Counted from the stretch's first letter, positions 31,654-42,432 are shown. The stretch is DNA of 64,000 nt from Chamaesiphon sp. (GCA_965246715.1 CBDFFH010000027.1:96001-160000), one strand, 5' to 3'. Numbers and translations are program-made. The notes: a model not told the origin generated them from the letters alone.

Positions 31654-32052
31654 ATGAACGCACAAAATCAGCCACAAGCTTTTGAAATCAATAATAGCAA
31701 AGGTCGTGCCTACTGGGGGATGGGTATTCTCTGGACGATGCTGGCAACTGCTGAAGATACGGATGGCAAGTATTCCTGTATCGAAGATCGTGCGGGATCG
31801 TTTGTGTCAGTTCCACGCGGCACAAAGCACGCTTTTCAAATTGATTCGGAAACGGTACGACTCATCAATACCTATGTGCCCGCAGGGTTTAAGCACATAA
31901 TTATGGCAACGACTGTGCCCGCCCAGGCGCGGACATTGCCTCCAGCTTCGATGCCGTTGCCTGAGTTGGAACAAACCAATGAAGCGATGGCGGAAGTCAT
32001 CAAAAAATATCCGGCGGCTAAAACTAATTTCTTACAAGGTTACGACGGCTAA
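31654..32052 (+). pseudogene. cupin protein with an internal deletion
   Basis: Paralog of 46389-46898 that lacks the PHIHE..DETFYILEG metal-binding segment. Confidence 0.8.
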
Positions 32053-32214
32053 ATTACCCGATCCCGGACGATCTGAGTTGTGCTTCGGTAGCTCGTTGGC
32101 GTAGCCTCCGCTTCGCGGAATCTCTGGTGTGGGATCGCTCTTTAACTAACGAATTTGCCTCATCGTTGGCGGTAGCGGAGCGTTTGCCTTAGCAATAGCC
32201 TGCTACGCGGAATC

Positions 32215-32590
32215 GATAGTAGCAAACGACAACTTCTATACTGGGGCGATGGTGAAACGCCGATGGATCTGACGACCACTGATGATATCGCCAAGTATGT
32301 CGCCGAAGCCGCGAGCGACCCCAGTTTAGCCAACACCGCCTTAGAAGTCGCTGGTGATACGCTGACTGCCAAGCAATTAAAAGCCAGTTATGAAGTGGCA
32401 ACGGGTCAGCACTTAGTGGAAAAACAATTGGGCAGTATCGCCGAGATGCAAGCTGAGATCGCGACCAAAAAAGCGTCAGCGAGTACAGTGGAAGAGTACG
32501 TTTACGACCAGTATATGTACGGGATGCTATCGGGTAAAGGCAAGCTCGATTACCTCCGGTACACGCTGCTAACGGATTGAGGACGATTAC
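32215..32590 (+). pseudogene. NmrA-family C-terminal fragment
   Basis: YWGDGETPMDLTTTDDIAKYVAEAA...GKGKLD matches 43562-44470; interrupted by micro-elements. Confidence 0.8.
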
Positions 32591-32609
32591 CTACGGTAGG
32601 CTACGCCAA
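32551..32609 (-). mobile_element. two 22-bp micro-elements (32551-32572 and 32588-32609)
   Basis: Removing both restores CTCGATCGGATTGAGGACGATCG (LDRIEDDR, versus LDRIENDR in the paralog). Confidence 0.8.
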
Positions 32610-35507
32610 CGATGGGATGGGTTTTACTAAAGCTAGTTTTAATTGGCTTTGGAGATCGATCGAGTGAACGCCAATCAAGTTTGGTAACACGATGTCAGCG
32701 GCTCCAACGCGAGTAGCAGGGCCGATGCCGATCGATCGCATCCCACCCGCGATCGCCGCTGCAATCCCCACGGTGGCATCTTCTACCACCACACAGTGGG
32801 AGGGTTCGAGTCCTAACTGTTTCGCAGCGTATAGAAACACGTCCGGGGCTGGCTTGGGGCGTTCGACGCTATTCCCATCGGCGATCGCATCCACCAGATT
32901 TCCAATCCCTAATTTCTCGATCACAGTGCGAGCATTTTTACTCGCAGAACCGATCGCGATTTTGAGTCCTGCTTGTCGGAGTTCTGTTAATAACTCAACT
33001 GCTCCTGGAAACATATCCTCAGGTGTAATGCTTTGAATCGATTCCTGGTAGTAGCGATTTTTACGCTCCATCATTTCCTGAAGTGCAGCTTCTGAGTACT
33101 GTCTGTCGCCGACGATGTGCATCAGCGATTCTCGCCGAGCTACGCCGCGCAGGGCTTCATTTGCCTGTCTATCGAAGGGCAGTTTTTCTTCATCAGCCAG
33201 TCGTTGCCAAGCGCGATAGTGATATTCGGCAGTATCGGTCAACACCCCATCGACATCAAAGATATAGCCTTCAATTGCCGGAGCTGGAGCCGAGGCAGGC
33301 GATAAATCGAAGTCGTGCCAAGTGCCGCGCCAGTTCAGTTTGAATTTGATCCGAGTCCAAGTGGGCGGGAGCTGGGGATTCGCGACGGGGCCGTTTTCTG
33401 TCAATTGAATCCCTGCAAAGCCGAATACCACTGCTTGCCAGACACCGCCAGCAGAAGCCGCATGAATGCCGTCGGCGGTATTATCGCGACTATCTTCGAG
33501 ATCGACTAGGGCTGACTGCATAAAATTTCGATAAGCATCTACAGATTTACCCAAACGGCTGGCGAGGATCGCGTGAATGGACGGACAGAGGGATGAGCCG
33601 TATGTGCTATCGGTGCGTGGCGCGTAGTAGTCCCAATTGGTTTGGAGGATTTCAGTTGTGACTTCTGGTGTGTCTCGCAGCAAGTAGAGCAGCATCAACA
33701 CGTCGGGCTGCTTGAGTACCTGCGTCTGATTCGTTGCGTCCATGCCGAGGACAGCTTGAATCGATCGAGTACGTGGTTCGTAGTCGCTCAAATTAATATC
33801 CTTGAGTTTGAAAAAACCCTCAAATTGCTCGATTAGTCCGGTCTTGGTATCCTTGGGGATGTACATTTGGGTAGTGGTTGCCTCAATCCGCAACCCTCTT
33901 GCTGGAGTGGGATGTAGGCTACCATCCAATTCGCCGATCCGCCCTGGAAAGTGCTGCTGCAACCAGGCATAGACAGCGATCGCCTTTTCTAGATGCCACT
34001 GCACCAGCCGATTGGTGTAGGCATTATTATTCACCTGCTCGTGATATTCATCGGCTCCAATGACTCCGCAGATTTCATACCGTTCGCGTTTAGCATTCCA
34101 GTCCACTCGACTCATCCAGAACCGAGCAGTATCGAGGATGATTTCGGCTCCATAGTCGCGCATCCAGGTGTCATCGCCTGTTGCTTGCCAGTATTGCCAG
34201 ACAGCATAGGCAATGTCCGAGCTGATATGAACTTCCAGATCGCGGCTCAATAGTCGTACAGCTTCGGCATAGGGATCTTCTAAAATCGACCAGCGGGGGG
34301 TCATCTCGTCGCCAGTGGCGGCACTTTCCCAGGCAAACATCGCCCCTTGATACCCACTATTTGCTGCTTTGCGCCGCGCTCCATCCAGAGTGTGATAACG
34401 GTAGTTCAACAAGCTACGGGCGATATCGGGTTGAGTCAGGGTGAAAAAAGGCAAGATAAATATTTCGGTATCCCAAAAGACGTGCCCCCGATAGCCCAAG
34501 CCTGACAGTGTTTTGGCGGGAACGCTGACTCGACTGTTATCTGAGCAGTCACCAGTGATGTGGGGGCAGGCACTAATTAAGAGTTGAAACAGGTTGTAGC
34601 GAACTGCCAACTGAGCCTGAGTATCTCCCTCGATCTCGACATCGCTATCCTGCCAAACTTCCTTCCACGCCTGCTGATGTGCGGCGAGTAAGATCGCTTG
34701 TGATGGCAGACTCGCCAATTTAGCCTGAGCCGCTCGCACGGGTTGTTCTACATCCTGGGATGTAAATAAGGTCACAACCTTGTCCACGCCTACGGTTTGC
34801 CCTGCTGTAGCAAGAAACGTAGTCGTCAAGGTGGGATAGTCGAGCGGGTTCGTTACCTGCAACGCCGCATCGGAGCCAATCGCTGTCATTTTAGCCGCCA
34901 TGCCCAGTTCGATTTGGGTAGTGCGGGTGCGAAGCTGGAGCCAAATTCCCCGATCGATCTTGCCGCGATCTAGTTGCTCCCAATGGTCGAAGCCTTGACT
35001 GTCGGGATAGCCATTGATACTAGATTGAATCTCGATGGTGCCATCAAAATCGATCGGTGTAATCTGGCACCGCAGCCCCAATACCTCCCGATCTGCCAAA
35101 CTAACAAATCGCTCGAACTTTAAATCTACGGTATTGCCAATCGGACTCCGCCAGCGGATCGATCGACTCAGGATACCGTGCTGTAAGTCCAACTGCCGCT
35201 CGTAATGGAGGATTTCGCCTCGATCTAATCGAAACCGCTCTCCGTTGACCACGATCGTTAAGGACAGCCAATCAGGACAATTTGCTAGCTCTGTATAAAC
35301 CCCAGGCACATCGTCATATACGCCATGCACTAAGGTGGCTGGCAAGGCATGAGGATAGCCTTCCTCAAAGCTGCCCCGCGTCCCTAAGTAACCATTACCG
35401 ATCGTAAATACGGTTTCTCTGGCACGTAATTTTGCTGGGTCGAATTCAGGTTCGGTTAGTGTCCAGTCTGTGTAAATTAGGTCGAGAGGGCGGGTGAGAG
35501 TGTTCAT
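32601..35507 (-). CDS. GH65 disaccharide phosphorylase fused to beta-phosphoglucomutase (HAD)
   Basis: GNGYLGTRG, GHVFWDTE, GADEYHE and KQPDV (GH65); FDVDGVLTDTAEYHYRAW and KPAPD (beta-PGM). Start at ATG 35507 is inferred. Confidence 0.9.
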   Translation of the reverse strand: MNTLTRPLDLIYTDWTLTEPEFDPAKLRARETVFTIGNGYLGTRGSFEEGYPHALPATLVHGVYDDVPGVYTELANCPDWLSLTIVVNGERFRLDRGEILHYERQLDLQHGILSRSIRWRSPIGNTVDLKFERFVSLADREVLGLRCQITPIDFDGTIEIQSSINGYPDSQGFDHWEQLDRGKIDRGIWLQLRTRTTQIELGMAAKMTAIGSDAALQVTNPLDYPTLTTTFLATAGQTVGVDKVVTLFTSQDVEQPVRAAQAKLASLPSQAILLAAHQQAWKEVWQDSDVEIEGDTQAQLAVRYNLFQLLISACPHITGDCSDNSRVSVPAKTLSGLGYRGHVFWDTEIFILPFFTLTQPDIARSLLNYRYHTLDGARRKAANSGYQGAMFAWESAATGDEMTPRWSILEDPYAEAVRLLSRDLEVHISSDIAYAVWQYWQATGDDTWMRDYGAEIILDTARFWMSRVDWNAKRERYEICGVIGADEYHEQVNNNAYTNRLVQWHLEKAIAVYAWLQQHFPGRIGELDGSLHPTPARGLRIEATTTQMYIPKDTKTGLIEQFEGFFKLKDINLSDYEPRTRSIQAVLGMDATNQTQVLKQPDVLMLLYLLRDTPEVTTEILQTNWDYYAPRTDSTYGSSLCPSIHAILASRLGKSVDAYRNFMQSALVDLEDSRDNTADGIHAASAGGVWQAVVFGFAGIQLTENGPVANPQLPPTWTRIKFKLNWRGTWHDFDLSPASAPAPAIEGYIFDVDGVLTDTAEYHYRAWQRLADEEKLPFDRQANEALRGVARRESLMHIVGDRQYSEAALQEMMERKNRYYQESIQSITPEDMFPGAVELLTELRQAGLKIAIGSASKNARTVIEKLGIGNLVDAIADGNSVERPKPAPDVFLYAAKQLGLEPSHCVVVEDATVGIAAAIAGGMRSIGIGPATRVGAADIVLPNLIGVHSIDLQSQLKLALVKPIPSLA

Positions 35508-35572
35508 GATGTTGAAATAATGGGACTGGAGAATAGTCGTATTTCGCAATTTGTCAAATCTGTCACGATTTT

Positions 35573-35806
35573 CTATTGACCGTTTAGGTGTTTTCGTGGT
35601 GCTAGACCGGGATTTATCGTCATCGCCAACTCTTCTAGGGATCGTTGACTTAACTCTGAATGAAATTCTTCAGGTGTAAAATCATAACCATGTGCTTTGG
35701 CGATTTGATGGTAAGACTCGATATCTACGGCTGCTTTGAGTTCCGCTATCAAAGTTGGATCTTGTTTGACTGCTTGGATGAATTCAGCTACTGTTATCTG
35801 AGCCAT
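35573..35806 (-). CDS. Nif11-like leader peptide protein
   Basis: FIQAVKQDPTLIAELKAA...IAKAHGYDFTPEE...SLEEL pattern. Confidence 0.75.
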   Translation of the reverse strand: MAQITVAEFIQAVKQDPTLIAELKAAVDIESYHQIAKAHGYDFTPEEFHSELSQRSLEELAMTINPGLAPRKHLNGQ

Positions 35807-36022
35807 GATGTCTCCTGTTGTGTTTTGGTTGAGTTTGTGTAATTTGCGATTACCTCGCGGCGCGGCTACGCCAACGCGTTGGCGGAAGCCTGCCGTTAAG
35901 CACAGCGTGGGTTCTACCCAATCGCTTATACGGATCGTTCGATCTAGTGATGGCGATCTAAAATCTCAACGACTGTCGATCTCCACAGCCAAAGTCACTA
36001 TTTGACGACTTTGGACGATTGC

Positions 36023-36835
36023 TTAGAGTTGCGTATCCGAATCGGTAGGGCGAATTATCAATTGATTGACATTCACTCGTGGTGGTTGAGTCACTGCATA
36101 AACAACTGCTGCGGCTACATCTTCGGGCTGCAACTGTTCGATCGAGGCGACCGAATCCAGAAAGCCTTGACGCAAGCTGGGATCGCTAATGTGTGTCGCC
36201 AAATCGGTCTCAACCAGTCCCGGTTCGACAACGGTAATCCGAATCCGATCGGCTTTACTGACTTCTAGGCGTAACGCATTGCTGAAGGCTTCGACGGCAA
36301 ACTTAGAAGCGCAGTAGCCAGATGTACCAGCACCTACGAATAAACCTGCTGTTGAGGAAATGTTGACAATATGACCGCCTCCCTGCGCTTTCATCAATGG
36401 GATCGCTGCCTTACAAGCAATCATTAAGCCCAAAGTGTTAACCTCAAACATTCGCCGCCAACTGCTCACTTCTGCGGTTTCAACAGAACCCGCATCCGCA
36501 ATACCCGCACTATTGATTAAAATGTCGAGCCGTCCCCAGTGAGTGTAAGCTCGATCGATAAGTTCAAAGGTAGCTCGTTCGTCAGACAGATCGACAGGCA
36601 ACACCAATACCTCGCCGCCAGCATGAGTGATGTCATCGGAGATCGCCTGGAGACGGTCTTCTCGTCGAGCAGCAAGGACGAGTTTGGCTCCTTCTGCGGC
36701 TAGTGCTTTAGCAGTGGCACTGCCAATTCCCGATGATGCACCTGTAACTAGTGCGACCTTGCCATTGAGTTTACCGGATGTCGTTTGGGCGATTCTCCGG
36801 TGGAGAGGCTCCGCCAACGATTGAGTTGCAGTCAT
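36023..36835 (-). CDS. SDR family oxidoreductase
   Basis: TGASSGIG, YCASK and VVEPGLVET motifs; in-frame 24-bp micro-element at 36794-36817. Confidence 0.9.
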   Translation of the reverse strand: MTATQSLAEPLHRRIAQTTSGKLNGKVALVTGASSGIGSATAKALAAEGAKLVLAARREDRLQAISDDITHAGGEVLVLPVDLSDERATFELIDRAYTHWGRLDILINSAGIADAGSVETAEVSSWRRMFEVNTLGLMIACKAAIPLMKAQGGGHIVNISSTAGLFVGAGTSGYCASKFAVEAFSNALRLEVSKADRIRITVVEPGLVETDLATHISDPSLRQGFLDSVASIEQLQPEDVAAAVVYAVTQPPRVNVNQLIIRPTDSDTQL

Positions 36836-37782
36836 ATTAAATTACTTCCTTTAATGTTTGGGTTTAGTTTGGCCGTCATGGTCAATACGTGGCGCACAAC
36901 CTCCTCTGGGCATTCTTCAGGCACGAAGTGTCCGCAATTGGGAATGACATACCGATCGACATTCTTGGCAATTGTCTTCACCATCTCGCCGACTTTGCCA
37001 CCCAATCCCTTTTCGCCGCCGAGTGCCACAACGGGCACTGTCACCTGATGACCGATTCCAGCTAGGGGTGCTGTTTGTTCGATCGTGATGAATGCCGCTC
37101 GATAGACACCCATCGCGCCGAGCACGCCCTCACGACCAGAGAAGGTACGCAGAACTTCATCTACCGTCTCTGGATCGATCGAGTTAGGATCGAAGGTGAA
37201 TCGCTCGTAAAACCAAGTTAGAAATGCCCGTTCGTGACCCACAACCAGACGTTCCGGCACATCGGGTGCAAGTGGGAGAATCCACCACCACATCGAGCCT
37301 TCTTTCATCGCTTCCGGCGTGTAGGCGATAATCTTGGTGAGGATCTCGGATAGCATTACGGGTGCCTCGACGTACAGCAGCCCTGCGATCTCCTCTGGAT
37401 GGTCGGCAGCCCAGATCAGAGCTGGCGGCGCGCCCATATCGTAAGCAACCAGCGTCAGTGGCTGCCCCGCCCCAAAGCCAATCTTCGAGACGAGGACGCG
37501 GAACTCCTCGGCGAGAGCGCGGGCATCATAACCCTCGATTCCGGCTGGCTTGTCGGAGTCCCCATAGCCACGCATATCTGGTACGAGTACTGCATATCCA
37601 TGTGCTGCTAGGAGTGGCATCACTTTCCGCCATGCGTAGCTAGTGCTCAGAAAGCCGTGCCAGAGCAGAACGGGCTGACCGTTAGGATCGCCGCCGATCT
37701 GGTAGTGAATATTGACCCCATCAATATCGATCGTCTCACTGATAAAATCTGGCATTAGAACATTCGATCGGTTGGATATCAT
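36832..37782 (-). CDS. alpha/beta hydrolase (epoxide hydrolase-like)
   Basis: LWHGF, DMRGYGDS, YDMGA and CGHFVPEE motifs. Confidence 0.9.
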   Translation of the reverse strand: MISNRSNVLMPDFISETIDIDGVNIHYQIGGDPNGQPVLLWHGFLSTSYAWRKVMPLLAAHGYAVLVPDMRGYGDSDKPAGIEGYDARALAEEFRVLVSKIGFGAGQPLTLVAYDMGAPPALIWAADHPEEIAGLLYVEAPVMLSEILTKIIAYTPEAMKEGSMWWWILPLAPDVPERLVVGHERAFLTWFYERFTFDPNSIDPETVDEVLRTFSGREGVLGAMGVYRAAFITIEQTAPLAGIGHQVTVPVVALGGEKGLGGKVGEMVKTIAKNVDRYVIPNCGHFVPEECPEEVVRHVLTMTAKLNPNIKGSNLI

Positions 37783-38249
37783 AAAACTCCTGTGCTGAAT
37801 TCACACGTTACCGTGTGGAAAGAATATGTAATTCTGAATCTAAAAGTTGAGTTTGGCATCGAGCGATCGACCGTCAACTGATGTGAACTTGCCCTTTGCG
37901 GCATCGCCAGACAGCCATCCGCGCCGCCCACCCTCGAATACCAGTGCGGCGGGAGCAGCACTGTGTACCCGCTTCATGTCTTCGATCGCCGCTGGCCCGA
38001 CTGGATCTTTCTCGTCAACAATTGCGCCGAGCCTGATGGAGCGGACACTCTCGAAGCCTTTGGCACCGTTGAGTGCCAGCAATGTGGCCGCACCAGCCAT
38101 CCAATGACTGGCGAGCACGACGGGTAGTGTAATGACTTCCAACACTCAACTTCTTTCAGATTCTGATGGTGCTTCTTTGGGCGATAGTGAACCTGTTTCG
38201 ATGTCATTCCAGAAAATTGTTGCTTGGCATATTCAAGAGCATGGGTTAC

Positions 38250-38657
38250 TTAGCTGAGGACTTGTTCGAGTTCGATCGTATTACCGTCTGGGTCGCGAAT
38301 ACAGGCACTAAGAACCCCGCCCGCTAGCCCATCATCTGAGAATTGCCAAGGACTACTGAAGATGGGAACACCTTTGGCTTTCAACTGGGCGATCGCGTCA
38401 TCGAGATCGGGCACGGCAAAGGTTAAAATCATCTTGGCATCGCGACGATCGTAAGTTGCTGTTTCAATCGAGTCGATGTAATCTTTCAAGCGGGATCGAT
38501 TGAGAATTGTAATTTTAGTTTCGCCTGCATCAAGCTCGGCATATTCCTCAGCATCATCAGCCAAGGAGACCTTAAAGCCTAAAATATTTTGGTAGAAAAG
38601 CTTGCAATCTGTATAGTTTTCGACATTCAATCTAGTGCAGATATATTTAAGATTCAT
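38250..38657 (-). CDS. VOC/glyoxalase family protein
   Basis: Paralog of 1863-2270. Confidence 0.85.
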   Translation of the reverse strand: MNLKYICTRLNVENYTDCKLFYQNILGFKVSLADDAEEYAELDAGETKITILNRSRLKDYIDSIETATYDRRDAKMILTFAVPDLDDAIAQLKAKGVPIFSSPWQFSDDGLAGGVLSACIRDPDGNTIELEQVLS

Positions 38658-38759
38658 GTGTTTCCTCTGGATTTAATCGGTTAATACTAGCGATGGAAAT
38701 TATCGAGTAAGCTACTTAAATACCTTGATTAAAGTCTCGAACTCCGCATTGCCAGAAAG

Positions 38760-38987
38760 TCAATTCTTTATCTGAAAGTTTGACCAACTCCACACTTCAA
38801 TCTGAGGATAGTCTGTTTCAGCGATCGGGGTATCAACTGCTGCTGTGACTCTGGACAGATCTCGACTAGCGATCGTAATGTGCCAATCTTGTCCAGATCG
38901 GGCGATCGCTTCTGCACAGGCATAGCCTAGTCCACTGTTTCCGCCTGTAATAATGACCGATTTATGTGGTTTAGTTGCAGCTTGCAT
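38760..38987 (-). pseudogene. truncated SDR (N-terminus only)
   Basis: SVIITGGNSGLGYACA, then a stop after about 75 aa. Confidence 0.7.
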
Positions 38988-39045
38988 AATATTTATCCTG
39001 TGAGTTGAGTTGGCGATCGGGAAGCGGAGATTTGAGCATTGAGGA

Positions 39046-40065
39046 TTACAGGTGTTCATCTGTAATGACAACCTTGCCCAAATGAGCACCCCCAGCTAGA
39101 TATTCAAAAGCCGCCTGCGTTCGATCGAATGAGAATTTTTTATCGATAACTGGATGAATATTATTGACAACGATCGCTCGATTCATTGCCTTAAAATCTC
39201 GCGTGCTACCCACTTCCATTGCCTTAATCGTGGCTTGTTTGGTCAAAAACTCTAGCGTATGCAGCTCGCTGGACTCACTCATCACCGCCATGATCGAGAT
39301 GTGTCCGCCCATCCGTAGGGCATTAATCGATTTTTTTAAGTTTTCACCACCGACTGTTTCCACGACCAGATCGGCTCCACCGTCGGTTAATGCTTGCACC
39401 TTGGCTGCCCAATCTGGCGTAGTTTTGTAATTAATAGTAAGGTCTGCACCCAACTGGCGAGTTCGCTCCAATTTCGTGTCGCTGCTCGACGTAATAATTA
39501 CCCGCGCACCGTGAGCTTTGGCAAATTGGAGGGCAAAAATTGATACGCCACCCGTACCATGTAGCAACACCGTATCACCTGCTTGGATATTGCCATAGTG
39601 CAGTGCATTCCAAGCGGTTAGTCCCGCGACTGGTAATGTCGCAGCTTCGATCGCCGATAGATTGGTAGGACTTTTTATCAGTTGATGAGGGCGGAAAATT
39701 TTGTACTCACTGAGCTGTCCGGGAATAGTGCCCAGCCCTGGACGAGTCGAGTCATCTGTCGTCTCAGGTGTCGGATCGCCATTTACCCATTCGGAGACAA
39801 ATGTTGTCGCAACTCGATCGCCAGCCGCAAACTCAGTCACGCCCTCACCCACGCTGTCGATCGTGCCTGCGCCATCAGCAACTGGAATATAGGGTAGCCG
39901 CAGATAAGGATTGAGTTGACCTTTGACCACGAGCAGATCTACGTAATTGAGCGCAGCAGCTTCCATACGGACGCGGATTTCGCCTGGAGCTGGACTAGGT
40001 TGAGGCTCTTCTACTAGGTGCAAGTTGTCGATTCCAAAGCGATCGCGCAGTTGAATTGTCTTCAT
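39046..40065 (-). CDS. MDR / alcohol dehydrogenase-like oxidoreductase
   Basis: AAALNYVD, AGLTAW, HGTGGVS and HLGKVVI motifs. Confidence 0.9.
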   Translation of the reverse strand: MKTIQLRDRFGIDNLHLVEEPQPSPAPGEIRVRMEAAALNYVDLLVVKGQLNPYLRLPYIPVADGAGTIDSVGEGVTEFAAGDRVATTFVSEWVNGDPTPETTDDSTRPGLGTIPGQLSEYKIFRPHQLIKSPTNLSAIEAATLPVAGLTAWNALHYGNIQAGDTVLLHGTGGVSIFALQFAKAHGARVIITSSSDTKLERTRQLGADLTINYKTTPDWAAKVQALTDGGADLVVETVGGENLKKSINALRMGGHISIMAVMSESSELHTLEFLTKQATIKAMEVGSTRDFKAMNRAIVVNNIHPVIDKKFSFDRTQAAFEYLAGGAHLGKVVITDEHL

Positions 40066-40171
40066 CTCGAATATCCTCTTTCGTGAATGTTTTATCAGAT
40101 TGCGTTGTGGATCGAGAGCTAATCATGCTCTAAGTGAGGCTGAACAAAATTTGCGGCACTGATTTACAGAA

Positions 40172-40352
40172 TCTCAATGATGATTTTACCGATCGTCTGT
40201 CCGCTGTCTGAGTCTGCACGAGCATTAGCCACTTGTGGTAGTGAAAATGTTTTGGCAAGCTGGAAATGTAAGATTCCAGCTTCGATCGATGTTGCTTTGC
40301 TAATTCCCGAAGTTCCGCTCGTCAAGGCAACTTTATTTTCAAGCGTCTACAT
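40172..40352 (-). pseudogene. chimeric fragment: SDR N-terminus joined to a quinone-reductase C-terminus
   Basis: TLENKVALTSGTSGISKA joined at TCGATCGA to EAGILHFQLAKTFSL...GQTIGKIIIE (compare the end of 42433-43437). Confidence 0.7.
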
Positions 40353-40435
40353 AGCTGTCTCCTGTGCAGAGGTTTCAAATCATCATTGACCCGATAAACG
40401 AAAAGCTGCATTACGCTTTGGTTTACGCAGCATAG

Positions 40436-40840
40436 TCAGGCGGACACTGCTGCCGCTTCGATGACCTTCGAGACTAATGCCGAGTCCAAGTAGGCGCGAA
40501 CTGCTACAATCTGCCCTGCTTGGAATTGGCAGATCCAGCAGTAGTCATTATTGAACTGAATACCGCTCTTGGTCGTGGCTTGAGTATAAAGTTCGACTAT
40601 CGCAGTATCTCCATCTACAAACACCTTGCGTATAAACAGCTTCAACCCGCCATCGAACAGGGGAGTAAGCCGATCGAAAGTGGCTTGCTGGAAATCGCGT
40701 TTCGACGGGTAGTTGCCTGCCAGTGGCTGTGTGCCAAGCACAGTCCACTTCACATCATCTGCAACGTAGTCAAAAAATCGCCCAGGTGTGTCGCTTGATA
40801 AGTAAGCGAAGATGCTGTGGACATTTTCATGTGTAATCAA
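40436..40840 (-). CDS. SnoaL/NTF2-like protein
   Basis: VADDVKWTV, FNNDYCW and VRAYLDS motifs; TTG start with a GAGGAG RBS. Confidence 0.8.
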   Translation of the reverse strand: MITHENVHSIFAYLSSDTPGRFFDYVADDVKWTVLGTQPLAGNYPSKRDFQQATFDRLTPLFDGGLKLFIRKVFVDGDTAIVELYTQATTKSGIQFNNDYCWICQFQAGQIVAVRAYLDSALVSKVIEAAAVSA

Positions 40841-41160
40841 AATTTGTGCTCCTCGATCGTAAATATTGCTAGAACTAGTGAAGGAAAAACGATTCTCCGT
40901 AGAAGAGGCTCCCGCCAACGACTCGATCTGTCATGCTCTGTTTGGATGCTTATACCCAACCCCGATCGCGCCGATAAGATTCAAAGTCGCTCAGTGCAGA
41001 AAAGTCGCGTTTCAGCACCATAAACGCATTACATAGCGCGATCGATCGTGCCTGCGCCATCAGCCTTAATGTTTTACGGAAAACCACGCTGTGGCATCGA
41101 TTTGTTCCAAATCGATCGCTATGTATTGAAGATAACTATTGCCACAAAATCAATAATCGG

Positions 41161-42138
41161 TCATTCGATCGACTCTTCTTTGCCGCTCACGCGCAACACG
41201 ATTTTGCCCAGATAATGATGTTTCATCGCGTCTTGTGCTTGTGCCGCCTCTTCCAGCGCAAATGTCTGGGCAATGTGAACTTGAAACTCACCGATGCCCA
41301 CCAATCGGTTGAGTCGATCGAGCAACATCGGGTTGGCGAATCCATTTGCCTTCTTGAGTTCCACCCCTTCTGACACTTTGGGTTCGGGCATCACGCCATC
41401 AGGAAAGGCGACGATCCCGCCCTGACGAACCAAACTCAGCGTGGATTGAACTTTGTCGCCGCCCACCAGCACCAGCGCGGTATCGAAACCATCAGGCGCA
41501 AAGGCGCGGGCGCGTTCTATAACGTCGTCGCTGTGTCCGTCCACCGCTGCATCAGCACCTAACTGCTCGACCAACTCCACGCCGTCTGTGCCCGATGCAA
41601 TGGCGAAAACATGTGCCCCCATGCGCTTGGCGAGTTGAAGCGCGGCGTGACCGACACTACCGCTCGCGCCCCACAGCATCAATTTAGTTCCATTGCCCAT
41701 CTCTAATGCCTCTAAATTACTCAGTGCCGTCGCACCAGCGCACGGCAGTCCGCCTGCCATCAGCATATCGAGACCATCGGGCAGCGGCGCGACCGTCTGT
41801 TCGGATACGACGACATATTGTGCGTAGGAACCGCCCTTGTCGTTCATGTAGCTTTGGGCGTATACACGATCGCCGACGGCAAACCGCTCGACACCGTTGC
41901 CGACAGCGGCGATGGTGCCCGCACATTCGCTGCCCAGCACTCGCGGAAAGTGGACTTCGTTAGACACCACGCCTTCGCGCTCTAGCTCGTCCCAGATGTT
42001 ACCTCCAGCGATCTCGATCCGAATCAAAACTTCGCCCGCGTCCACCGTAGGCACGGGTAAGGTGTGCAACGTCAGCTTGTCAGAGCCGCCGAACTCGTCA
42101 ACAGCCATTGCTGTCATTTGTTGGGGAATGTTTGGCAT
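41161..42138 (-). CDS. MDR family NADP-dependent oxidoreductase
   Basis: GSECAG, GASGSVG and GKIVL motifs. Confidence 0.9.
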   Translation of the reverse strand: MPNIPQQMTAMAVDEFGGSDKLTLHTLPVPTVDAGEVLIRIEIAGGNIWDELEREGVVSNEVHFPRVLGSECAGTIAAVGNGVERFAVGDRVYAQSYMNDKGGSYAQYVVVSEQTVAPLPDGLDMLMAGGLPCAGATALSNLEALEMGNGTKLMLWGASGSVGHAALQLAKRMGAHVFAIASGTDGVELVEQLGADAAVDGHSDDVIERARAFAPDGFDTALVLVGGDKVQSTLSLVRQGGIVAFPDGVMPEPKVSEGVELKKANGFANPMLLDRLNRLVGIGEFQVHIAQTFALEEAAQAQDAMKHHYLGKIVLRVSGKEESIE

Positions 42139-42432
42139 ATTTTTTGTACTCTCCGAAAGTTTAAGAAAAACGCTATGTGTTGATAACTATTGCCACAAAA
42201 TCAATAATCTGTCGTTTGGAGCATAGGTAAAGAAGCTGCAATATACCGCCGCCCACCATCTAGGCTCCAGCCAAAGTCAAATCGAGAAAAGTAGGGTGGG
42301 CACTGCCGATCTGTAAGCTGAACACGATTTATTTGGATTTTTCTCTAATAATCTTGGTTGTTATAATTATTTGTCAAATAGATAATGTCTGAAATCTAGA
42401 TGGTGGGCACTGCTACAAAGCTGCAAACTGAT

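Noticed and set aside
37840..38207. Short ORFs between the hydrolase and VOC genes
   Set aside because: They look like fragments and I cannot assign a family.
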